In this document: positions 29,243-40,100 of the stretch, piece after piece
Numbering within the stretch: position 1 is the first letter of the stretch
Layout of the letters: each line of letters opens with the position of its first letter
Source: Candidatus Spyradenecus sp.
GTDB taxonomy: Bacteria > Verrucomicrobiota > Verrucomicrobiia > Opitutales > UBA953
Assembly (NCBI GenBank): GCA_045535075.1
Contig: JAZSKX010000007.1
Coordinates: forward strand, 32,001 to 96,000
Direction: 5' to 3'
Length of the DNA: 64,000 bases
Translations under genes and position numbers: made by a program
Notes under the pieces: model-generated
The model's input: the letters and a program-made list of their open reading frames with translations, nothing else
Told to the model about the DNA's origin: nothing
The model's database searches: none

Positions 29243-29893
29243 ATGGAAATAAAGCTGAAAAATTTTCGTCATCTCGTTTGGGACTGGAACGGAACTTTGC
29301 TTGACGATTTGTGGCTTTGCCGTGAATCGTTGAACCGTCTGCTTGCCGCCGCCGGAAAGCCGCCGATTGACACCGCAACTTATCAGCGAATTTTCGACTT
29401 TCCCGTTATTAACGTTTATAAAAGCCTCGGATTTTCGACGGAGCAGAGCGCTTTTGAAGCGATGAGCCACGAATTTATCGGCTATTACGAAGCGCATCGG
29501 CTCGATTGTACTTTGCAAAAAGGCGCACGAAAATTTATCCACGCTGTCCACGCCCGCGGAATTTCACAATCCGTTCTTTCTGCGTATCGACATGATTACC
29601 TTACGTCCATTATTGCCGAACACGATTTGGAAAAATATTTCGTTCATCTCAGCGGGAACGATGATATTTTTGCAAACGACAAGTCGTATCGCGCGCCCGG
29701 GCATTTAAAGAAACTCGGCATTCCCGCAGAATTCGTTCTCTATGTCGGAGATACGCTTCACGATGTGGAAACGGCGGCGGCGATGGGCGTGCAATGCGTG
29801 TTGATTGATCACGGCGAGCGTGCCCATCAATCGCGGGAACGTTTATTAGCGTCCGGCGCTCCCGTCATTTCCGACTACGAAGTTCTCTTGTGA
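29243..29893 (+). CDS. HAD-family phosphatase
   Basis: WDWNGTLLD, VLSA, YVGDTLHD. Confidence 0.9.
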   Translation: MEIKLKNFRHLVWDWNGTLLDDLWLCRESLNRLLAAAGKPPIDTATYQRIFDFPVINVYKSLGFSTEQSAFEAMSHEFIGYYEAHRLDCTLQKGARKFIHAVHARGISQSVLSAYRHDYLTSIIAEHDLEKYFVHLSGNDDIFANDKSYRAPGHLKKLGIPAEFVLYVGDTLHDVETAAAMGVQCVLIDHGERAHQSRERLLASGAPVISDYEVLL

Positions 29894-29972
29894 TTTTGGG
29901 CGAGCGTGTTGCGTTTAACCTTGCCAGCGCGCGAATAAATTCCTTTCATAGAGCGAAATTTTCCATTCTTTC

Positions 29973-30061
<89 letters not shown>

Positions 30062-30070
30062 TTTAAAGCG

Positions 30071-30110
30071 CCCGCAAATCCCTATAAATACAAGGATTGC
30101 GGGTTTTTTT
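30071..30110 (+). terminator. Terminator after tRNA-Ser
   Basis: CCCGCAAATCC...GGATTGCGGG followed by T7. Confidence 0.75.
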
Positions 30111-30135
30111 AGGAGCCTAGCCGGTCTCTTCGTTT

Positions 30136-31470
30136 CTACGATTGCCGGAGCGTTTGCGTTGCGGCGGAGATTTTCTTGAGGCAGGAGAGCAGTGCGTCGA
30201 CATCGGATTCGTCGTTGTAAATCCCGAAGCTGACGCGCACCATGCCGGGAAGGCTGAAGTCGCTTCGGCACATACATTCCGTGATGGTTTCATCGCAAAT
30301 TCCGAGCAATCGGCAGACGTACGGATGCGAGCAAAACGAGCCTTGGCGCACGGCGATACCGCGCATTTCGGCAAGTTGTTGCGCGACGTCGGAGTGTAAA
30401 ATTCCCTCAAGGTTAAAGACGAGTACGCCGATGCGGTCCGAGATGTTTTCGCAGTCGGCATAAAGTTTTAGCCCCGGAATTTTTCTTAGCCCGTCGATTG
30501 CGTATTTGAGCAAGCGTTGTTCGTGCTCTTCGATTGCGTCAAAACCGTAGGCATCAAGAATGTCCATGGTTTTAAGCATGGCGACAACACCGACATAATT
30601 TGGAGAACCGACTTCGTAGCGTTCCGGAGCGCTCAAATAAGTCTCCGTCCAATCCGAGACCACATCGACGATTCCTCCGCCGTAGAAGTGCGGGAGACAT
30701 TTTTGGAGGTGTGAAAGCTTGCCGACGACAGCTCCGCCGCCGAACGGCGCGTACATTTTATGGGACGAAAAAACAATGTAATCGAGATCTGCTTCCGGTG
30801 TGTTTCCGCAGGCACTTAAGCGGCGATGAGCGACGATTTGCGTCGCATCAACAACGATTTGTGCTCCATAACGATGGGCGATTTCTGCAATCGCGTGAAC
30901 ATCGTTAACGTAGCCGGTAACATTGGACGCTGCCGTAACGCTTACGAACTTCACCGCGCCGGCGTGTTCCCGCAAAAGGTGTTCGACATCTTCTGTTTTC
31001 AGGCGCCCTTGAGAATCAATATCAATGTAAATCGGTGTTCCGCAATGGCGCCAGGGCAGATCGTTTGAGTGGTGTTCCATGCGGGAAATGAGGACAAGGT
31101 TGCTTTTGTCGGTTATCAATGCCGTTGCGAGTCGATTGAGTCCGTCGGATGCAGAGGTACAGTAAAATGCGGTATATTTCTCCGGGGTCGCTCCGAAAAA
31201 GCGCAGAACGCGTTCCCGCCCGTTTTCGTAAATTTGCGTGGAGTGAACGGATTTTTGTCCCTTTCCGCGCCCGATGGAACCGTAGTAATCCAGTTGCTTG
31301 CGAACTTCGTCGAAAACAGCTTTAAAAGACGGCGTCGTTGCCGAATTGTCGAGGTTGATAAGCGGCGCTTGTGTGCCGTCTTTAAGTGTTACGGGAGCGT
31401 CAAGCCCGATAATTTGATTGCGGATATTTTCGCGAAATTCCGGAGTAATTTGAAAGTCGGTAGTGTCCAT
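30136..31470 (-). CDS. Class V PLP aminotransferase / cysteine desulfurase-like
   Basis: [49 protein letters not shown]. Confidence 0.9.
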   Translation of the reverse strand: MDTTDFQITPEFRENIRNQIIGLDAPVTLKDGTQAPLINLDNSATTPSFKAVFDEVRKQLDYYGSIGRGKGQKSVHSTQIYENGRERVLRFFGATPEKYTAFYCTSASDGLNRLATALITDKSNLVLISRMEHHSNDLPWRHCGTPIYIDIDSQGRLKTEDVEHLLREHAGAVKFVSVTAASNVTGYVNDVHAIAEIAHRYGAQIVVDATQIVAHRRLSACGNTPEADLDYIVFSSHKMYAPFGGGAVVGKLSHLQKCLPHFYGGGIVDVVSDWTETYLSAPERYEVGSPNYVGVVAMLKTMDILDAYGFDAIEEHEQRLLKYAIDGLRKIPGLKLYADCENISDRIGVLVFNLEGILHSDVAQQLAEMRGIAVRQGSFCSHPYVCRLLGICDETITECMCRSDFSLPGMVRVSFGIYNDESDVDALLSCLKKISAATQTLRQS

Positions 31471-31744
31471 ATTTGAGAGTTTTCCGGATAATATTCTTTC
31501 GCAAGGAAAAATCCACGAATATTTGGCAAGCCCTTTTGCGGGAATTCAATTTACGGTATTAAATCTCACGGGGCAGGCAGATTCAAATGTCGAGTATTCC
31601 GTTCCCGCGTGGGTTATCGTGAAAACATGGAATACGCTTGGTGTTCCCGTGAGTCTTTTGTGGGATACATTTTTTTCTCCGAGTGATGAGTGTACGATCG
31701 ACTACGGAAAGATTTTTTCCGAGAATATGGATTCGGATTTATGA
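31463..31744 (+). pseudogene. Possible degenerate YceK/YidQ-like paralog lacking a signal peptide
   Basis: GVPVSLLWDTFFSPSD resembles the motif in the next ORF; ATGA-coupled to it. Confidence 0.35.
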
Positions 31745-32064
31745 AGCGGGTGTTTGCAGTATTTCTTTCGGGGTGCTTATTGTCGAGTTGTTTGGACTTT
31801 TCGGTGCGGGAACGCATAAGTATGCCGTTTTATTCGACTTTCAAAACGTCGTCGGGTTTGTTGTCGAGTACGGGCAGTTTGCTTGGAGGAGATTTTTTTG
31901 ACGAGAATGCCGTGCCTAATATCGTCTGCTATGCTTGTTCTCTTCCGTTTTATCTTGTGTCGGACACGATTTTGTTCCCTTACGACGGATATCTTTTTTA
32001 TAACGCGCGATGTGAGGCGGAATATTTTCCCGAAGACGGGGATTTTTCGGATATTCTACAGTAG
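31741..32064 (+). CDS. YceK/YidQ-like lipoprotein
   Basis: MKRVFAVFLSGCLLSSC lipobox; SLPFYLVSDTILFPYD. Confidence 0.7.
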   Translation: MKRVFAVFLSGCLLSSCLDFSVRERISMPFYSTFKTSSGLLSSTGSLLGGDFFDENAVPNIVCYACSLPFYLVSDTILFPYDGYLFYNARCEAEYFPEDGDFSDILQ

Positions 32065-32152
32065 TCGGAAGTAATTGCCCGTGAAATAAGGATTGTTTTC
32101 GCAGGGAGTTCGGTATTAAAATCCGAGATTTCCAGTTTTACTCAAAAACCTT

Positions 32153-33931
32153 ATGTCAAAATCAACCTCACTCTATAACAAATACCTGCTCTTTATCGCA
32201 GGACTCGGCGGATTGCTTTACGGGATCGACGTCGGCGTTATTGCCGGTGCGCTTCCGTATCTGCAGGCGACGACGGACTACACGCCCGGCCAGCTCTCGA
32301 CGGTGGTCGCGGCGGTTTTGCTCGGCTCGGTGCTTTCCTCGCTTTTTGCGGGAGCGCTTTCCGATTTGTTCGGGCGCAAAAAAGTGATGCTCCTCGCGGG
32401 CGTCTGCTTCGTGCTTTCCGTTCCGGTGATTTGCTCGCCGTTCGGCTTTGAAGCACTCGTTCTCGGGCGTATTCTCCAAGGCGCGGCTGCCGGGCTCATC
32501 GGCGTTGTCGTTCCGCTTTATCTTGCGGAATGCCTCACGGCGGACAAGCGTGGCTTCGGCACGGGAATGTTCCAGTTCATGCTCACGGTCGGACTCGTTT
32601 TCGCGGCGGTCGCCGGGATTATTTGTGCGGAATACGTGGACGGAGTTGAAACGGCGGAATACGCGACGGTCGCGGACAAAGCGTCGGCGATTTTCGCTGC
32701 GAAAGACTTGGCATGGCGCGCTATTTTCTGGATTTGTGCAATCCCGGGCGTGATCTTCACGGTCGGCGCGCTTTTCATTTCCGAATCCGCCCGCTGGCTC
32801 TACGGCAAGGGTAAAACGGAAGCCGCTCTTAAGGCTCTTGAGCGTTCCCGCGGTCCGGAACAGGCGAAAATCGAACTCGCCGGGATGGGCGCAGACAAGG
32901 CGGAAGAAACTTCCGTCGCCGAAGAAGCCGACAAGCCGAAGGATTCTCTTTTCCAGAAAAAATACATTGTCCCGTTCGTTCTCGCCGTCGTTATTCTCGC
33001 CTGCAATCAGGCAACGGGCGTGAACTCCGTGCTCGCTTACATTGTTGACGTGCTCAAGCAGGCCGGGCTCGAAGGCTCACTCGCGAATCAGGGCGACCTC
33101 GTCGTTAAGATTCTGAACATGGTCATGACGATTTTCGCCATGATTCTTGTTGACCGCAAGGGGCGCAAGTTCCTCCTCACACTCGGGACTTCCGGAATTA
33201 TCGTCGGTTTGCTCGGCGTTGCGTGCCTTTTCCTCAATTCGGAACGCAAGATGGTCGACTGCTCCGAAAAGTTCCGCTTCAGCTCCGTCACGAAGCTTGA
33301 AACGACGGTAAACGCCGAAGGTAAGGAAGTTTCGGAAAATGTGGTTTATGAAGCGGATATGCCGCTCCCGGCTCCGGTTCTCGCAAAAATTGCCAAGCTC
33401 GACGACGTTAAGGACTTCCAAGTCAAAATCGTTTACACGCAAGGCGAAGAAAAAGTCATCAAGACGATTATCGCCAAGCAGGATTCGCCGGTTGAAGACA
33501 TCACGTTCAAGGTGAAGCAAACGAAGAATGACGAAGGCACGGAAGTGCTTCCCTTCAATGTGGAATCCATCGAAGTCGGACCGCTCCCGAGCGCGCTCAA
33601 CGGCTGGCTCGTTACGTTCTTCTTCGCGATCTTCATTGCGTCGTTCGCGGTCGGACCGGGCGTTTGCGTTTGGCTTGCGCTCTCCGAACTTATGCCGAAC
33701 CGCATCCGCGCGATGGGGATGTCGATTGCGCTTCTGATCAACCAAGGGGTTTCCACGGTTATCGCGGGAACGTTTCTCCCGGTTGTCGGCAACTTCGGCT
33801 ACTCGACAATCTTCTTCTTCTGTGCGGGCTGCACGGTGATTTACTGGATTACCGCCGTGTTCTTCCTGCCGGAAACGAAGGGACGTACGCTCGAAGAAAT
33901 CGAAGCTTACTTCGAAGGCAAAAAGAAATAA
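32153..33931 (+). CDS. MFS sugar porter
   Basis: GGLLYGIDVGVIAGA, DLFGRK, PLYLAE, ESARWL, DRKGRK, PETKGRTLEEIE. Confidence 0.95.
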   Translation: MSKSTSLYNKYLLFIAGLGGLLYGIDVGVIAGALPYLQATTDYTPGQLSTVVAAVLLGSVLSSLFAGALSDLFGRKKVMLLAGVCFVLSVPVICSPFGFEALVLGRILQGAAAGLIGVVVPLYLAECLTADKRGFGTGMFQFMLTVGLVFAAVAGIICAEYVDGVETAEYATVADKASAIFAAKDLAWRAIFWICAIPGVIFTVGALFISESARWLYGKGKTEAALKALERSRGPEQAKIELAGMGADKAEETSVAEEADKPKDSLFQKKYIVPFVLAVVILACNQATGVNSVLAYIVDVLKQAGLEGSLANQGDLVVKILNMVMTIFAMILVDRKGRKFLLTLGTSGIIVGLLGVACLFLNSERKMVDCSEKFRFSSVTKLETTVNAEGKEVSENVVYEADMPLPAPVLAKIAKLDDVKDFQVKIVYTQGEEKVIKTIIAKQDSPVEDITFKVKQTKNDEGTEVLPFNVESIEVGPLPSALNGWLVTFFFAIFIASFAVGPGVCVWLALSELMPNRIRAMGMSIALLINQGVSTVIAGTFLPVVGNFGYSTIFFFCAGCTVIYWITAVFFLPETKGRTLEEIEAYFEGKKK

Positions 33932-33949
33932 GCGCATTGTGCGTTTTTC

Positions 33950-33996
33950 AAAAAAAGCGTTCCCGTGGCGAAAGTCGCGGGAACGCTTTTTTTTTT
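33950..33996 (+). terminator. Terminator built from inverted motif pair
   Basis: AAAAAAGCGTTCCCGTGGC-GAAA-GTCGCGGGAACGCTTTTTTTTTT. Confidence 0.88.
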
Positions 33997-34167
33997 GCGA
34001 AAATGCGCCTGTGGCTTTTTCGTTCCCGCGTCGGAAAGCTTCCGTTGTGCATGGGATTTTCATGAATTGAGCTTGCGGATTGCTCTGTTTTTTCGGAAAA
34101 TTCGCTAATCGCCGGTTTTCTAGGCGAGGAATTTTAATTCTGCTTAATCCCAAATTCACTACCGTTT

Positions 34168-37100
34168 ATGAACTCTTGTCCGATTTTCTCTAAGAATTTC
34201 TTGCTCGTTGCAGGGCTTCTTGCGGCCTCTGCGGGAACGCTTACCGCCGTTTCTCCGACGGAAGTTTTCAGCGATCCGTTAGTCAGTTATCAATGGCAAT
34301 GGCATCCGGACCAAGGCGGGATTAACATCGCTGATGTATGGGACAGCGGTGTCACGGGCGAAGGAGTTGTCATCGGGATTGCGGGATATTGGGTCGAACC
34401 GTTTCACGAAGACTTGAATGTTTCGACTTACAACCCGGGAACAAATTGGCAGACGGCGGATTTGAGTCAGGGCTTGAGCTATGACTTTAATCGGCCCGGC
34501 ACATCGCCGAAAGAGACGGACGATCAATTTTATCCGAATGAAAACGCGCACGAAACCGCCGGCGCCGGTATGGCGGGAGCTGTCGGCGGGAACGGAGTCG
34601 GGCTCGTCGGGGCCGCTCCGGGGTCAACGATTGCGGGGTTGCGAGGTCATTATAGAGCCGAGACGTTTTTGTGGGCTTCCGGAGTTGCGGCGGACGGAAC
34701 TTACCTCGGAGAGGCGGAGATTGACGTTAAGAATTTTTACCTGGGTTCGTTTTACGGCTATAGCGGAGATCTTTCGAAAGACTCAGTCGGAGAGTATTTG
34801 AATCTCGCGGCGCAAAACAATGTTGTTTTTACCTGTAGTGCGTATAATTCCCGCGGCGAATCCAACCACCAGTACGGATTCCCGTCGAACTGCGGTTGGT
34901 TGCCGGAAGCCAATCATGCTTCCGTGATCAATGTTGCCGCGACGGACAAGTTCCGGCGCTACGCGAGTTTTTCCGATTACGGCGCCAATGTCTTTATTGC
35001 GGCTCCGGGAAATGCTGTGCCGTCGACGGACAGAACCGGAGATCTCGGCTATACCTCCGGATATTCCTGGGCTCCGAGCGGAAACTACTACTCTTTCGGC
35101 GGGACTTCCGCTGCCGGACCGCTTGTCGCCGGCGTGATGGCTTTGGGAAAGCAGGTTTGCCCGGACATGGATGCGCGTTGGGCAAAGCACGCGCTCGCAT
35201 GGAGTTCCGGACACAACGAAGCTCCGAACATTGATCCCGACGAGTTTCACTACGCATGGGAATCGCCTACCGGATTTTGGCAGAAAAACAACGGCGGCTA
35301 TTGGTTTAATAACAACTACGGTTTCGGCTTAGTCGATCCCGTAAAATTCGTTGATGCAACTCGCGACATTCTCTATACGACGACGGGAACGACGTTTACG
35401 CAGACTTCGGCGGGAATTGAAAAAATCGCTTCAACCGAAACCGCTACGGGAACGTTGCGTACGGCGGAGTTCTCGGTAAAAATCGGCGACGGTGCTCTGG
35501 CGCAAAACATCGAAACCGTTTCCGTGCATGTGGAATTCTCCGATGCCGCTCAGGTCAACTTGGATTTGACAACGCTGAAAGTTACTTTGATCGCACCGGA
35601 TGATGCCAAAAGTATCGTTATTCAAGGTTCGGTCGGCGATGCTTCAACGACGGCGGATGCTAAACACTTTTCCGGATACAAGTTCCTCTCAAATGCGTTT
35701 TGGGGAGCAAGCTACGGAGCCGAAAACTGGCGCGTTCTCGTCGAATATTCCGTCGACGACGGTGTTAATACGACGGATTGGGTTTCCGTAGACTCCGTGG
35801 AATTTACGCAGGGCGAAGTAATTTTTGAAGCCGACGACGTTGCAATCGCGGAATCCGAATCCGTAAATGCGGATATGCTTGCGCTGGAAAGCGGAAGCTT
35901 TTCCGTCGCGGGAACGATGCGTGTTGAAGATTCCGTTTCGATTAACGCGGGAACTTTTGAACTCGCGGAAAGCGGAACGCTCGCTGCCTACACGGGCGGT
36001 GTTTTCGGTGCCGAAAAAGGTGTGAAATACACACAAAACGGCGGGAGTGCGACGATTCGCGGCGACGCAACGTTTAAGCGCGGTGCAACGCTCAATGGCG
36101 GTACGCTCAATCTCTACAAAACGCTTGCCGCGGGAACGGGAATGACTGTTAACGGAGGCACGCTCAATGTCGGCGCAACCGGTACGGAAATTTCGGTCGG
36201 GGCGGCGCTTCCGGTTTACGGAGGTAAGCTTGTTTTGGCGGAAAATGCAATGTTCGGGACTGCTCTGAATGTTGAAGGCGGCTTCGTCGAAATTAACAAC
36301 GGCGCGACGCTCTCGAAAAAAGTCGCTGTCGGCAAAAACGGCGAAGAGGCTATCGGCGGTTCGCTTTCGGCGGCGGGAACGATTGTCGCAAAATCCGGAA
36401 TCGAATTCGCGGGAAAAGCAACGGGAACATTTGCAAAAGATACGGCGATTAAAGAAGGCGGTCTGACGCTTTCCGGCGGAAGTGTTGTTTGGAGCGGGAT
36501 GCTGACGGTTGACGGCGGTATCACAGTCAGCAGCGGTGCGCTGGGAAGTACGGCAGGAAATATTGCCTCTTATGCCGGAAACGTGACAAATGCGGGAACA
36601 CTGGGGATTGCTGCGAATGCTTCCGTGGTCTTTGCTGAAGGCGCAACCTTCATAAACGGAGCAAACAAAATTGATTTGGCGAGCGGCTCTGCGTTGCGCT
36701 TGGAGTCCGGAATCAGCGGAAACAATCTCGCGGGAACTCTGAGCGGTTCGGGAAAACTGACGCTGACGCAAGACACCGATTTCGATGCGAATGTTGATGC
36801 ATTTGCGGGAACGCTTGCAATTGAGAACGGAGTGCTGTCTGTCGGCGCGGGTGCAAATTTGAATCTTGCAACGAATGCTGTTTTGGAACTCGGTGTCTCC
36901 GATGCGGCGGATTGGCTTGCTGTAAACGTCGCAAGCGGCGGAAACGTCAGCTTCGCGAAAGGTTCGGGGTTGATTGTTAATTTTACCGGGGTCTTGGGCG
37001 AAACGTCGGAATTTACCGTTATGAACTGGGCAGACGATGCATCGGTTTCCGGCTTGTTCAACTTGGAGCGCGGCGATGGAATTGCGCTTTATGTCGGCGG

Positions 37101-40100
37101 AGTTGAGTATGCAAACGATAATTGGACCTTTGAGGTTGCCCAAAATTCCCTGAAATTAAAGCTCGATGTCGTTGTCGTCGACATCAGGGAAGCGCAGCAA
37201 AACGCAGTCCTTTCCGATGAGGGCTATATCGCGAATTTTGCCGTGTCGCTCACGGAATACAGCGGGATCGTTTCCGGAAAAGGAGACGTGAATTCCGTCG
37301 GAACATTGGCGTTTTCCGGGAATTTTGCCAATCTTTCCGGCACGGTTTATGTCAACGCCGGAAGTTTCACCATAAAGGAAGCCGCAACGCTTGGGTCCGA
37401 AAATTATGTTGTCGCCGCTGCCGGAACTTTGAGTCTCGAAGGGACTCGTGATTTCGGACAAAGCGTTGCCGGCGCGGGAGCGCTTGTAACCAACGGTAAT
37501 ATTACCCTTAGCGGAGATGCAAGCGCCCACACGGGAACGACGAAAGTTGAATCCGGAACCTTGACGATTGCCCAAGGCGCAAAGCTTGGAACCGGCGCTT
37601 TCAACGTCGCGGGAACGTTGGGATTGGTCGGAGACCGCACGTTCAACAACGCAAGCACCGGAGCGGGAACGCTTGATGTTATTTCCGGAACGACGACGTT
37701 TACGACGAATGTCGGTACCGAAAACTTTGATATTTCCGAAAATGCCGCCGCAAGTTTTGAAGGCACGGCAACCGGTTTTTCCGGGAAACTCACGGGCGCG
37801 GGAACTTTGGCGACCGCGAAGGATTTTGTCTTGTCGGGCGATGCTTCCGGTTTTGAAGGGAAAACTTCCGTCAAGGCGGGAACGTTTACCGTCACCGAAG
37901 CCGCAAGCTTAGGGACCGGAGATTTTGAAGTTGCGGGAACGCTTGCGCTGAAGGGAAATCGCACTTTCGGCAATACGACATCCGGCGCGGGAACACTTAG
38001 TGTTGCTTCGGGAACGACAACGTTCATGAAAAATGTCGGCACTGCAAAACTGGATATTTCCGCAGATGCCGTCGCAAAATTTGATGCCGTTGCCGGATTC
38101 GCGGGAACGCTCACGGGCGCGGGGGCGCTTACGACCGAAAAAGATTTTTCTTTCTCCGGCGACGCTTCCGGATTTAGCGGAAAAACCTCCGTTACGGCGG
38201 GAACGTTCGCCGTCGCCGCCGGCTCGAAATTAGGAAGCGGCGTGTTTGAAGTTGACGGCGTTTTGGCGCTAAGCGGCGACCGAACCTTTGAAAATACGAC
38301 GAGCGGGAAAGGCTTGATTGATCTCGTTTCCGGAACAACCGCTTTTGCAACGGCTGTCGGCGTGGCAAAGTTGGATATTTCCGAAAATGCCGTCGCAAAG
38401 TTTGAAGGCGACGACGCCGGCTTCTCGGGAACACTCACGGGCGCGGGAGCACTGACAACGGCAAAAGATTTTTCGCTCTCCGGCGACGCTTCCGGATTTA
38501 GCGGAAAAACCTCTGTTACGGGGGGGACATTTGCCGTCGCTTCCGGAACCGAATTAGGAACCGGCGATTTTGAACTCGCGGGGAATTTGGATTTGGACGG
38601 GACGCGTCGTTTTTCCAATAAAATTTCCGGCGACGGGGCGCTGGTCGTGCGCGGCGATGTAATATTTGAAGCCGATGCATCGGCGTTTTCCGGGAAAACG
38701 CAAATCGAGCAGGGCGGGAAACTCACGCTCCCGCAATCTTCGGAAATCGGAAGTGAATTTGTCGTTTACGGAGAGTTAAACCTCGAAGGTACGAGGACTT
38801 TTGCCAATACAACGAGCGGAAGCGGAACGATTGCGCTCGCTCCCGCATCGAATCTTGCGTTCGCAAATAATGTCGGAGCAAAAACAATTTCCGTTGCAGA
38901 AGGAGCGACACTTCGAGGCGGAGTTACGATGACTTACGGTGCAGGATCGAGAATCGTGATTGCCGGAGAATTGCAGCTCAATCTTGATAAGGGGGAAACC
39001 GTCGTACTCAATGGCGGGCGCGCGGTCCTTGAAACTTCGTCGTCTTTGAATTTCCTCACGAAAAAACCGGTGGCAATGAAATTGCGAGACGAAACCGGAG
39101 TCGACAAATTGGCGGACGGCGAGACGGTTTCGATTTTCACGGACGGCATCGTCGAAGGCGATGTGCTTGGCTTCCTTGAAAACGACGCAATTCTGTCGGA
39201 CTTTGCCGCGCGTTCCATGGTGGTTTACGATCTTTCACACGGCTTAAATGTTCGTGTCGCTTCCGGAATTGCCGAAAATGCGGATGTCGACACCGCCGGC
39301 TTGAGCGAAAGCTATTTGGCGTGGAGCATGAAAGATGCGCGAAATACTTTCGACTCCATTCAAAGCGGATTTTGGAACATCGACGATCCGGTACTTTCCG
39401 GCGGGAACGATCCGCTCTTGCGGGCGATTTTGGGCGGAGATTCCTCTGCGGCGCGCGCTGTGCTCGACCGCCTTTCCCCGAAAAGCTACGCCGCAATGGT
39501 GGCGATGGCGGCGGAGTCTTTCCACTCGGACGTTCGCAGTGTCGCCTCCCGATTGGAGCAGCGCCGCTACGACAGATTTGCGGAAAATGCCCGTTGGGAA
39601 TTCTTCGCACAAGCGCAATTCAGTTCATTTGAAACCGACACGAAAACGGATTCGGCGATGTTTGACTTCGATACGAACGGCGTGTTCGCGGGAGCTGATT
39701 ACAAAACAAGCGCCGAAACGATTGTCGGTATCGCCTTCGGAGCTGACAACGGCGAGGCGAAAATCCACAACGGCGGCGGCAAAATCGAATCTTCCGATCT
39801 TCGTTTTACGGCTTATTTCGGAAAAACATTCAACGACCGTTTTTATCTGAACGCGGGAACGCAACTCGGCTATGCAAATTACGATGTAAAACGCAAAACC
39901 GACTACGGGAACGCCCGAGGTGATACGCACGGGCTGAGCGGCGGCGTTTTTGCCGAAACCGGCGCACTGCTGACTTTGTCCGAAAAGGAAAATATCTTCG
40001 CAATGCCCTATATCGGTTTGGCATACACGCATTCTCAAATTGACGGATTTGAAGAAGACGGAACCGAAAAAGCGTTCGATGCGGATACCATTAAGGGCGA

